Shown: piece by piece, positions 44,263-56,469 of the stretch | How the letters are laid out: each line of letters begins with the position of its first letter | Numbering within the stretch: the first letter of the stretch is position 1 | From: the human T2T-CHM13v2.0 reference genome, Homo sapiens | DNA: 64,000 bases | Strand: one strand, 5' to 3' | NCBI RefSeq assembly: GCF_009914755.1 | Contig: NC_060936.1 | Made by a program: the position numbers and the translations under genes | Notes under the pieces: generated by a model | Databases searched by the model: none | Told to the model about the DNA's origin: nothing | The model's input: only the letters and a program-made list of their open reading frames with translations

Positions 44263-45454
44263 CACAAGCTTATTTCTATCACTTACAAATGAAAATATAA
44301 CACAATACACAAATTATCTAAATAACAAGAAGTAGGGAAATGATAACCTGAGATGGATTAGAATGAAATATAAAGTTATAGTGGTTTGGGGAAACGACTG
44401 TAACCTTGAAAGGAAAGTTAAGTATGTCCCTGACTATAAAAGAACTAGAGATGTAAATGTGTAATCTGTGTTTCCTAAGGAGTTCATCTCCTACATATAT
44501 ACCCCATCAGTAGCCTGGAAGTATGGATGCTGTCTCACTACTTGAAGACATTTCTTCTATTTAAAATGTCTCTGACTGCAGTCTGCCCTCTAGAATGTGT
44601 CAGAAGTACTTTTGGAAAGAAAAATGGATCTTTACTGTAAGTCTAGACATACTCACTTGTAAACATTTCTGAGTTACCCTGGCTGAGAAGCTTATTACCC
44701 CAGATCACTATTCTTTACATTTTCCACCCAAAGAGGAAGCTGTGGGTCCCTTTTGAGTCACTGAATTGCTGCTGTGGTTTCCATCTGGCTTGCTGATACC
44801 AGTTTCATCACCACCACCCTTGGTATACATCTGTTCCTTCCTCTGCTTCTTACGCAGTCTCCTTTTCTAGTTACTCTAGTCATGAATCCCAACATTTGAT
44901 TGCTAGATATTTTCTGATGTTTTTAATTTATCTGTTAGTGTTTATTGGTGGTTTTTTAACTGGTAAGATGTCCTTTTTTTCTCAGAGGATTTTAACCTAG
45001 AGGTTACCAATATGGGCTTGAGTGTTATGAAGCCTAAATCTGAATTCTGGTTCTGGCATATTCCAGCACTCTTCAGGAGCTCAGGCAAGTTTTTAACTTT
45101 TAAAGTGTTGGGTATGTTATTTGTAAAATGGCAGTAATAGCATTTTCCTCATTTTGTGAAAATTAAACAAGTTAATTACCATTCAGGGCTTAGAGCAGTG
45201 CCTGACATATCAACATATGTTACCTATCATTGCTTTAGAGGTACATCTTTCATAATGCTCCAAAATTAGAGCTAGCGTCAGCTGGAACTCATCTTTTTAC
45301 TGGTATATTACTTAGGATACTTGTATTAAGTTGTTTTTTTTTTTTAACCAAGGAAATTCTTTTTTTGTCCTTCTCCATGAATTCTCTGTGAAAACACCAA
45401 TATTTAAATTAAAAAATGCTCAGAGATTTTCTCTAGCAGACTAAATCTTTGCTA

Positions 45455-47070
45455 TTTTTATTTTTTATACTTTAAGTTCTGGAGTACATGTGCAGGACAT
45501 GCAGGTTTGTTGCATAGGTAAATGTGTACCACGGTAGTTTGTTGCACCTATCAACCCATCACCTAGGTATTAGCCCAGCACGCATTAGCTCTTTTCCCCA
45601 AAGGTCTACCCCCTCCCTATCCTCCCCTGACAGGCCCCAGTAAGTGTTTTTCCCCTCCCTATGTCCATATGTTCTCATTGTTCAACTCCCACTTATGAGT
45701 GAGAACATGCGGTGTCTGGTTTTCTGTTACCATGTTAGTTTGCTGACAATGATGGTTTCCAGCTTCATCCATATCCCTGCAAAGAACATGAACCCATTCT
45801 TTTTTATGGTTGCATAGTATTCCATGGTGTATATGTGCCACATTTTCTTTATTCAGTCTAACATTGACGGGCATTTGGGTTGGTTCCAAGTCTTTGCTAT
45901 TGTGAATAGTGCCACAATAAACATACATGTGCATGTGTCTTTATAGCAGAATGATTTATAATCTTTTGAATATATACCCAGTAATGGGATTGTTGGGTCA
46001 AATGGTATTTCTTGTTCTAGATCCTTGAGGAATTGCAACACTGTCTTTCACAATGGTTGAACTAATTTACACTCCTACCAACAATGTAAAAGCATTTCTA
46101 TTTCTCCACATTCTCCCCAGCATCTGTTGTTTCCTGACTTTTTAACAATTGCCATTCTAACTGGTGTGAGATGGTATCTTACTGTGATTTTGATTTGCAT
46201 TTCTCTAATGACCAGTGATGATGAGCTTTTTTTCATATGTTTTTTGGCCACATAAAAGTCTTCTTTTGAAAAGGGTCTGTTAATATCCTTCACCTACTTT
46301 TTGATGGGGTGATTTGTTTTTTTCTTGTAAACTTGTTTAAGTTCCTTGTAGATTCTGGATATTAGCTGTCAGGCCTCTGAGCTTAAGCTAAGCCATCATA
46401 TCCCCTGTGACCTGCACGTATACATCCAGATGGCCTGAAGCAATTGAAGATCCACAAAAGAAGTGAAAATAGCCTTAACTGATGACATTCCACCATTGTG
46501 ATTTGTTCCTGTCCCACCCTAACTGATACATATATTCTCCCCCGCTCTTAAGAAGGTACTTTGTAATATTCTCCCCAACCTTTAAGAAGGTACTTTGTAA
46601 TATTCTTCCCCGCCCTTAAGAATGTACTTTGTACACCTATCCCAAACCTATAAGAACTAATGATAATCCCACCACCCTTTGCTGACTTTCTTTTCGGACT
46701 CAGCCCACCTGCACCCAGGTGAAATAAACAGCCTTGTTGCTCACACAAAGCCTGTTTGGTGGTCTCTTCACATGGACATGCATGAAATTAGCCCTTTGTC
46801 AGATGGATAGATTGCAGAAATTTTCTCCCATTCTGTAGGTTGCCCATTCACTCTGATGATAGTTTCTTTTGCTGTGCAGAAGCTCTTTAGTTTAATTAGA
46901 TCCCATTTGTCAATTTTGTCTTTTGTTGCCATTGCTTTTGGTGTTTTAGTCATGAAGTCGTTGCCCATGCCTATGTCCTGAATGGTATTGCCTAGGTTTT
47001 CTTCTAGGGTTTTTATGGTTTTACGTCTTACATTTAAATCTTTAATCCATCTTGAGTCAATTTTTGTAAT
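45455..47070 (-). mobile_element. L1PA 3' portion (antisense), interrupted by an LTR7-family LTR
   Basis: TATACTTTAAGTTCTGGAGTACATGTGCAG end; ORF2 remnants (ORFs 46075..46293 and 46768..47127). Confidence 0.92.
46367..46787 (+). mobile_element. HERV-H solo LTR (LTR7 family, type II/LTR7B-like)
   Basis: TGTCAGGCCTCTGAGC...GGTCTCTTCACATGGACATGCATGAAA with tandem TTAAGAAGGTACTTTGTAATATTCT repeats; 5-bp TSD TTAGC at 46362-46366 and 46788-46792. Confidence 0.92.
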
Positions 47071-47072
47071 AA

Positions 47073-47945
47073 GCGGGATGGCTGAATAGGAACAGCTCTG
47101 GTCTGCAGCTCCCAGTGAGACCAACACAGGTGGGTGATTTCTGCATTTCCAACTGAGGTACCTGGTTCATCTCATTGGAACTGGTTAGACAGTGGATGCA
47201 GCCCACAGAGGGTGAGCAGAAGCAGGGTGGGTTGTTGCCTCACCCAGGAAGTGCAAGGAGTCAGGGAACTCCCTCCCCTAGCCAAGGAAAGCCATGAGAG
47301 ACCCTGCTGTGAGGCATGGTGCTATCCAGCCTAGATACTAAGCTTTTCTCCCACGGTCTTTGCAACCCACAGACCAGGAGATTCCCTGGGATGCCTATAC
47401 CACACAAGGGCCCTGGGTTTCAAGCACAAAACTGGGTGGCTGTTTGGGCAGACACCGAGCTAGCTGCAGGAGTTTTTTTTATCATACCCCAGTGGTGCTT
47501 GGAACGCCAGTGAGACGGAGCTGTTCACTCCTCTGGAAAGGGGGCTGAAGCCAGGGAGCCAAGTGGTCTTGCTCAGTGCATCCCACCCTCACAGAGCCCA
47601 GCAAGCTAAGATCCACTGGCTTGAAATTATCGCTGCCAGCACAGCAGCCTGAAGTCGACGTGGGACGAGCTTGGTAGGGGGAGGGACTTCCTCCATTACT
47701 GAAGCTTGAGTAGGTGGTTTTCCTCTCATAGTGTAAACAAAGCCCCCTGGGAAGTTCGGACTGGGTGGAGCCCACTGCAGCACGGCAAAGCCACTGTAGC
47801 CAGACTGCTTCTCTAGATTCCTCCCCTCTGGGCAGGGCATCTCTGAAAGAAAGGCAGCAGCCCCAGTCAGGGGCTTGTAGATAAAACTCCCATCTTCCTG
47901 GGACAGAGCATCTGGGGGAAGGGGCGGCTGTGGGTGCAGCTTCAC
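47073..47945 (+). mobile_element. L1PA (PA7/8-like) 5'UTR, inverted relative to the adjacent L1 3' portion
   Basis: GATGGCTGAATAGGAACAGCTCTGGTCTGCAGCTCCCAG...TTTCTGCATTTCCAACTGAGGTAC is the L1 5' terminus on the + strand. Confidence 0.88.
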
Positions 47946-48896
47946 TGTCTTGTTAATAGTGGCTATTTTCATCAATAGAGAGGATCGAGTAAGATGCCTT
48001 CATTTAAATTTTCTAAGCCAAGATGAATGTTATTTAAAAGCCAGTTTCAAAATATCTTATGCTTTGTTTTGCTTTATTGGCAATTATTAAAATGAAGCTC
48101 ATCAGTCTGCAGTGAATAACTGTTGTCCTCCTTCCCACGATGTACATTTCTGCTCCTTTTCCAATCCCTGGGGAGCCTATTTCTTCTTTCTAGAAGATGT
48201 ACTGAGCCACCCAGTGACGTGTACTATTGACATGCTAATTTGACAATTTTGGCATTGCCTCAATTCATGATTTTCAAACTTTACTCTTGGTTGGCTTTTT
48301 GCTTCAAAAAAATTTGACTGAATTTGCCTTCACCACTACCATCAAGGACTTTCTGGTCTCATTTACATGATTTCAGTTTAAGAACATTTGAGCTAGAAAA
48401 CTATTTTCTTGTACCGTAATAACAAAATGACGTGACTACTCATACAGTACCGAACCTACACTGGCGTGGCCCAAATTCCTTAAAATAATTTACATAAGTT
48501 TATTTTTATAACCCCTTTCATTGAAGATGGGGCAGAGAAAGGCCACAATTATGTCCTTAGGGGTTATAAACTCTTGACATATAATGCCAATGGTCGGAGG
48601 GCAGGGGACAAACACATTAAAGATCCAACAAAAGATCTAAATAATGAATCACAGACACAACCCGTAAGACCACTTTATTAGGAATCTGTTTCCAAAGCAT
48701 CCATATCTGTCAGTCACTCCCTTTACTCCAGCCTCTTCTGGCTGTATTCACCAATATCGTCTTTTTGCAAACTCAGCTTTGCTGTTTAACCTGAGAACTC
48801 AAAAAGGACATCAGTTCCTCTAATTAGTAGGACTGATATTAATATTGTACCTGATAGGATCTGATATCTATAGTGAGACACTTACATTGCCTATAA

Positions 48897-49033
48897 TTTT
48901 TATTTATTTATTTATTATTAAGACAAGGTCTTACTATGTTGCCCAGGCTAGACTCAATTCCTGAGCTTAAGAAATCTTCCCACCTTGGCCTCCCAAAGCC
49001 CTGGGATTACAAGCATGGGCCACCCCACCCAGC
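48897..49033 (-). mobile_element. FLAM/Alu monomer
   Basis: Antisense left-arm monomer with (TTTA)n head. Confidence 0.8.
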
Positions 49034-49679
49034 ATGGTTTATGAATTTAGAAATTCTTTACTTTATCCTCAGACCGTTCCCAAAATACAACCATTTTTAA
49101 CCCATTGATTTGATGTCTGCTTCAGTTTGTTCATGACTCCTGTTTCTTGATGAATTTTGGAATCTCTGCCAAAAACTACTCGATCAACTCTCAATCCTCT
49201 TTTCTAACCCCACCTTCATATTCTCTGTACCCATAAGCATCTGTTAAAACTTTGAGTGCTGTTACTTCTCTGATTTCAAGTGTGAGCAGTGGTTTGAACT
49301 TTCTCCTGCAGCTGAGTTAGACTACCTCAGAGACTGACAATATCTTCAACCATGGCTGAGTTAGACATGATTTCTGGACATTGTATAAAAGATTCCCCAT
49401 TCTTATTCCTGTGCTCTGATACACTCAGGGGGATTCGTTGTTGCCGTTGTAATGCTTTAATTACTTGCAATAATGTATATTCCTATATCACCAGTTTGGG
49501 CAGCATGAAATAATAAAAAGAATGCAAACTCTGACATCATACAGGTCAATAATAAATTTTAAAAATTAACACCAAAATAAAATATGCACGTGGTGATAAT
49601 TCAAATTGTTCCAAAGAGTTTATTATGAAAAGCAACCAATCTTTCCTGGCACTACTGTGCAGATGCAAGTTATTTAAGC

Positions 49680-49978
<299 letters not shown>

Positions 49979-51906
49979 GCTTTTTTTTTTTAAGTTCTTC
50001 TAGTGATTTTTTCCATGATTCTAAATAAAACTCATATTTCTATTTCTGCAAATTGCAATCCAGTACTCCCTGCTCCTCTAATTCTTTTCCACTTTCCTTT
50101 TCATTTTTACATTTTCTACTTTGACTTTTGATAATTAAGTAATGATATTATTACTTTTCATTAATTTGTTGGTTACTTTTGTAAGTCTAAATAGTATCCT
50201 TGGCCATCTATTTTTTGTTTCATCTCATTAAAATGAGAACAGTTGTTCCCATACTCCCCTCATATTCCTTCATCCCTTTCCTTCTTACTTCAGCCACATT
50301 TTAAATTGTACCTTGTCAAGGTTGTTGACATTTACATTCTATACTACACCATGGCCGAATGTCCGTGCTTTGTCCAAAGGCTAACTCTAATCAATAAATT
50401 TTTACATAATCACATTTCTTTTGGGCCAAGATATGGGCTAACATTATGTTTTCTTCTCTGTGGGTACTGTGTTTCAATTCTGATTTATCCAGAGGAGATT
50501 GCTTCCATCACTCAGATCACATGGCCTCTATTTACTTAGACTCCATCTATTATTTCAACTCAAGCCACACTTCAATTTGATTCCTATTTAAATCCTCCTT
50601 TCTTGTACAACTTTAATTTTTTTCCGATATTGCTAGTCACCTTTCCTTGAATTATCTGTTATACCCTTGATCTTCAATCCTCCCAATCTTTCTATTATAC
50701 AGCATTGTGCTTTGATCTGTTCTTCTCAGCATCCTCCTTCTGCTACTCCACACTAGACTCACTATCCTTTAGTCCTGTTCATGGTTGTTATTCAAGGACT
50801 TCCCTTCCCGGCTCGTTTGGTTTACATCTACTGTTTCTTGTACACTATGCCTTTCTCTTTGTTGTGTTGGGTATAACTGTCAACACACCTGAGTGTGCAA
50901 GGAAATCTGGTTCTAATATCCTGTTATGCCAGCCTCATAGGAAGTTCAATCTCAGTTATTTTGGAGCTCTTTTCTCCTCATTGCAATTGCATGAGAATCC
51001 AGGAAGGTTATGTGTTGTCCAGGAGGACAGGACAAAGGAAGGAGGGCTTTTAATCTGCAGTGTATCAGGATCACCACTGATTGTCCCATTGTTCAACATG
51101 GGTTTCGGGTAGATCTCTCCATTTTTGGGAGCTTGTTAGAACTTGTATTCTGTACCCTAACGTGACGTTTTCTTCTCTGTGGGTCTTGTGTTTCAATTCT
51201 GGCTTATTCAGAGGAGATTCCTTTATTTTAACCTGCAAAAGAAGTGGTGCAGAGGGAAGCTTGAATGTCGTTTTACCTGTAGCAGCCACAGGAGGGCAAC
51301 TTCTCCCTTCTTCCTCTGCAGTTAAATTCATCTTGTTTCTCCTCTAAATTATAAGCTTTAAAAAATGAAACATTTTATTTATTTGTCATCCTATTTTGGA
51401 GTTGTAAAAAAAGACAGATAAAGAAAAAGAGGACCATCTTCTAGTTAAATTAATTCTGACAAGGGCCATGCAGAGTTGTTATGGAATTCTCCCAGATTTG
51501 ATAAAATGCCCACAAAATCAATGTATGTTTAATTTTTTTGGAGGAAGAATGATAAAAGGAGCAATACTCACAAAGAGCGTGTTGACTGAAATTGTTAACA
51601 ACCATTGCATTAGGAGGTATCAACTGCTGACTGCAAGAGGTGGACATGTGGATTCTTCTTGAGAATGACAAAAAGTGACACTAATGGCCTGACAGTGAAG
51701 AACAGAAGGAAACTAAAAAATGCTATAAGTATAGTTGGGGAGCCTTATGTAATGTAGCAGAAGTTGGTTGTAAGGGCATGAGCATCCAGTATAATCACTG
51801 ATCTTCAAACTGAGGATGTAGAAGAGTAAAGTTTAAAGGATCTTCATTAACAAAGATGATAGTGTCTTATTTACGCAGTTCTTTACAGTTTTAGAACATG
51901 TGTTCC

Positions 51907-52125
51907 ATTGAGGACACACGGACACAAAGAAGGGAATGACAGACGCCAGGGCCTACTTGAGGGTGGAAGGTGGGAGGATGGAGAGGATCAAATACTACTT
52001 ATTGGGCAGTATGCTTATTACCTGAGTGATGAAATAATCTGTACACCAAACCCCAGTGACACCCAGTTTGCCTATATAACAAACCTGCACATGTATCCCT
52101 GAACTTAAAATAAAAGTTAAAATAT
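51907..52125 (+). mobile_element. Short L1PA/PB 3' end
   Basis: GAAATAATCTGTACACCAAACCCC...CCTGAACTTAAAATAAAAGTT. Confidence 0.85.
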
Positions 52126-53929
52126 TTAAGAAAATGCATGTTTTCACACAGACCTACCTTTTCGCAGCAACTTTATGAGATCAGGAGGCAAGCATCATTT
52201 TACAGATGGGGCAACTTGTTTCAGAGAAGCCAAGTGACATGCTCCAGATCAATAATTCTGTTTATGATTTTGTGGACTCTGTTTTGTGCTTTAAGACAGC
52301 TTTTTATCAAAGAGGGATTAAATTGAAGTGTATCTACTTCAGTTCCTGCAAACTGTTGAACTTTCACAAACTGTTAAGTTTCCACAAAAATGCATTTAAC
52401 ATTGGATTTCCTGATAAAGTTGAATAGATGGACTGTTACTTGTTACAAGTGACGGTGCTTGGGTATATATACTTTTTGTTCAAAAGTTTAATCTTTTCCT
52501 ACTTATATCTTCACTAAACAATTGTATACATATGCCAGGTTTATAGGTAGCTACTAGGAGTTAATTGCTAGGGCTGTTTCTACCTGATAAAAAGAGAAAA
52601 TTATATAGTTTTAAATAAAAGTCAAGTACACAAGTATTAGGTACAGTATAGAGAGCTAGAGTATTAATATAGAGCTAGAAAACAGAACCCAATAAGCATA
52701 TCAAGGGTTTTCATTTACATTCCTACTATCATAGCCAACCCAGGAATGAATTATTAGGAATAAAGCACTATAGCAAGATGTCAAGAATTTAGAATCTAGG
52801 GTTGAAAATATAAATACTGATATGAACAAAAATAATTGAATAGCAAGTACCTGGGAAGAGGTATAAAAAAAGAAAAATTGAAGTCATTGGTTAATAAGAG
52901 AGTAAGAAGAAAAAATTGTTGTATCTTTCATCATCCACTAATGAAATCATATTATAACATAGATATTATTGACAATATCTCTAATACCTGTGGGGCCTTG
53001 GGCACAATTTGGTGCGCAGTGTATAGTTAACAAACAAAAATTTAAAACACAGTGTTTCCTGAGCTTAGAAACATGAGCTACATATTTGAAAATTAATTTC
53101 TTAAAAAAATACTTAAACAACAATAGCCATTTCATATGGTTGATTTTTTGAACACTTCAAAAACTTCCAGCAGATATGAATGCAATGATTACAGAAATTG
53201 GTGCTATGTTTAAAGGTATTGTAAAATATCAATGCCATATTCTTCATTATTTTTTCCAAAACACATGTACTTACTTTTCTAACTGTCTAAGGTGCCTCAA
53301 ATATATAGTTATGTGGTCATACTGGCCTACTTCCTCTTCCTGAAAATGTCAGATAAGGTTTCACCTTAGGGTTTTACACAAGCTGTTTCCTCTCCCTCTC
53401 CCAGGAAGGTTCTTCTCTCTGAAATCCACACGACTAACTCTCACCATCTTTAAGTGCTTACTTGAATGTGACCTCAGTGAGACTTTCCCAGATGAATAGA
53501 TCCAAATTATACCTGTCCCACTCTCAGTAGTTCCAATCCCATTTGTCCTGTTCTATTTTATCCTACTACACGTATCGTCTTTTAACATACTATGTAATTT
53601 ACTTAATATATGATTATCTTTAATTACTTTATCTCATCCTACTAGGATTTAAGTTTTATGTGGGTGGTGATTTTTGCCTCTTTTGTTCCCTGTTTCATAA
53701 GAGTCTAGAGCTGTGCCGTTTTATAGTGTAGCCTCTGTTCACTTCTGGCTATTTCAATTGAAGTTAAACAAAGTTAAATACAATAAAAAGCTATTTCCTC
53801 AGTCTTTCTAGCCACATTTCAAATGCTCAGTAGTCTCCTGAGGCTAATGGCTACCATATTGATCTATCATCACGGCCAGTTCTATCAAACTGTGAAGGGC
53901 TAGAGCACTGCCTGTCACAAAACAGGTAA

Positions 53930-54330
53930 TTGGCCTAGTTTCTTTATGCTGCTATAACAGAATACCACAGATTAAGTAATTTATAGAAAACAGAGATTTC
54001 TTTCTTTCTTACAATTCTGAAGCTGAGAAGTCCAAGGTCTAGGGGCCCACAACTGTTGAGGATCTTCTTGCTGCAATATCCCGTGGAAAAAGGTGGGAGG
54101 GCAAGAGAGCACATGCATGAAAGAGAGAGAGAGCAAAAGGGGCCAAACTCACTTTTCTAAGAAGCCCACTCTGATGATAACAAACTGACTGTATGGTAGC
54201 ATTAATCCATTCATAAAGGCAGAGCCCTTAGGACCTAATCACCTACCATTAGGCCTCAGCTCCCAATAGTGTTGTGTTGGGGATTAAGTTTCCAATACGT
54301 GAACTTTGGGGGCACAATTAAACCACAGCA
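53930..54330 (-). mobile_element. MST/MLT1A-type MaLR LTR
   Basis: TGCTGCTATAACAGAATACCACAG...TTGGGGATTAAGTTTCCAA...AAACCACAGCA. Confidence 0.75.
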
Positions 54331-54983
54331 GTGATCGGTAAATTGTTGAATAAATGAATGCTGAATGGCTAAATGTTAAAATAAACATTTGGAGAAAGCC
54401 GAGCTAAAATAAATCTCACATCATAGAATGAGTTATTTGGGATAAAAGAATAAATATAAACTTATCAAAAATTATTGCAGCTAAGTTTTCAGTAGTTAAG
54501 TCACAAGAACTTGAGTATATAGTGCAGCAATAATTACATAACACTCTCAGCTTCTGGATTGCAACAAATATTTACTTTCAAAGAGATTTATGGAGGACCA
54601 AAATATCTATCGGGTACCTCATTTTCCTCTAACACTTTCTTTTTTCCTTGATATTACTTGGCCTTAAATATGTCTTAGATTGTACAATTTATCATAATTC
54701 TTGTACATGATTTTTCCTTATGAATTGTGGGGTGTGATTTAATCCTTAAAAGATGTGAAGAATCTACAAAGTGGGAAAAAACACACCTTAAATGGAATAT
54801 ATGACTACTATTAGAAATTCTAGCTTACCAAACAATTCTACAAATAATAGAATTATGAAATAATCTAATTCCTATTTTTCTACTTTGTTGTATTCTATAA
54901 AGTTTAAAACCATTTGCAAAAAGATCATTGTCTTCCTAAAGTATACTACACTCTCTTTTAGTGTTTATATTCACTGCTGTTTC

Positions 54984-55102
54984 TTTTTTGTTGTGTGTTT
55001 GATTTCTGTTTTTGTTTATTTTTAAAACAACCAAAAAGATATGCACATATTTTAATTTACACTATGGTTCTGTATAATTTTTTTAAATTACTATACTTTA
55101 AG
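54984..55102 (-). mobile_element. Ultra-short L1 insertion with probable 3' transduction, 14-bp TSD
   Basis: TSD TTCACTGCTGTTTC at 54970-54983 and 55103-55116. The minus strand reads: L1PA terminus CTTAAAGTATAGTAA, A-run, ~70 nt unique sequence, AATAAA, A-rich tail. Confidence 0.75.
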
Positions 55103-56469
55103 TTCACTGCTGTTTCATTTCCTTATTTAAATATTCAAAGTCTCAATAATTTTTAATATAAAATTAGAAATTCTCACAGTTGTTATTATGGTGGCAGTTT
55201 ATTCTGGCAAAAATGAATGTGCATTTTAACTTTAACTGCTTAATAGAATTCAAAATATAATAGAATTAATATAATTCAAAATGTAAATACACAACAGAAT
55301 TTTCACCAAAAGTTAGAATATTTATGAATATTTAAAATAAAATACTCAGGTATTAATAAGGAATTGGAAAAATATGCTGTTCTTACGTTACTACCATTGT
55401 TAATGTGATCCTATGATCAGTGATCAGTCAAGTTCACGGGTGCTAGAAAAAAGTTCAAGTTGACATTCAGATCTTTGATACTCCGTAAGCTGAAACCACA
55501 CAGTAAATTTTGGCAACATACCTACACTGAAGCATAACTTTTCAGTGCATTCTTGGTGGGTATTGCAATACGTACTTTTGTATCTTATTATGTTTCAGTC
55601 ACATTATTTTGATTCCTTTCCAAGATTGTAACCATTCATTGCTTCGAGGCGAGATTAAGTGATCTGTTTACCCACCAATTGATTTTTGGACATGAAATAA
55701 GACTCATAATTATTTCTATTCTTAAACTTCACTTGTGACATGAAACAGTCTATTTGAATCATACTTTTCATATAATTTAGATTTTTTTTATAACCAGATA
55801 TCTCTCTGAGAAATGTACTTCTAATATGTTGCTTGGTAAATGTTATATAACTCATTGGCTTAACCTGTTAACACCATTCCAAAATGATGTATTTCTTATT
55901 TTATCATAATCAGTAAGGCCATGTTTGGATTTGTCTTCCAGGACATGAGTAAATCTATGTTGTCAGCTCTTTTGCTTAGTTTTTCTGACCAATTCATCAT
56001 TTAGTCATACATTGTGAGCCCTCTTTCCACTCAGTTACTCAGAGTATGGACTCTTGGCTCCCCTTTCCACTTGGTCATTAAGTGTAACAACAGACGCATA
56101 TTGGTTTTCCCTGTTGTTGGTACAGAATTGACTTTTTCCCCAGGATTAGATATCATTTCTGGTACCTATTATATAATTTTACAAAACAAAACAAAGCAAA
56201 TAAATACTTAAGCTTGGAATTTTATACAATCTTACTAGAGGAAACTAACATTTGCATATATTAATGTAATGTACATATCAACATGCTTTTTTTACTAAAA
56301 TCACTTAAAAATAAAACATAATATTTATTAATATTTTATATTATAAAAATTATTTCCCTTTTTGGATCATTATAAATTCATGAATTTTTATACATTCAAG
56401 CAGTTCCAATTAATCATCATAATGAAATAAACAGTTTTTCTGCCTAAATTATTTATTTTTAATCAAAAA

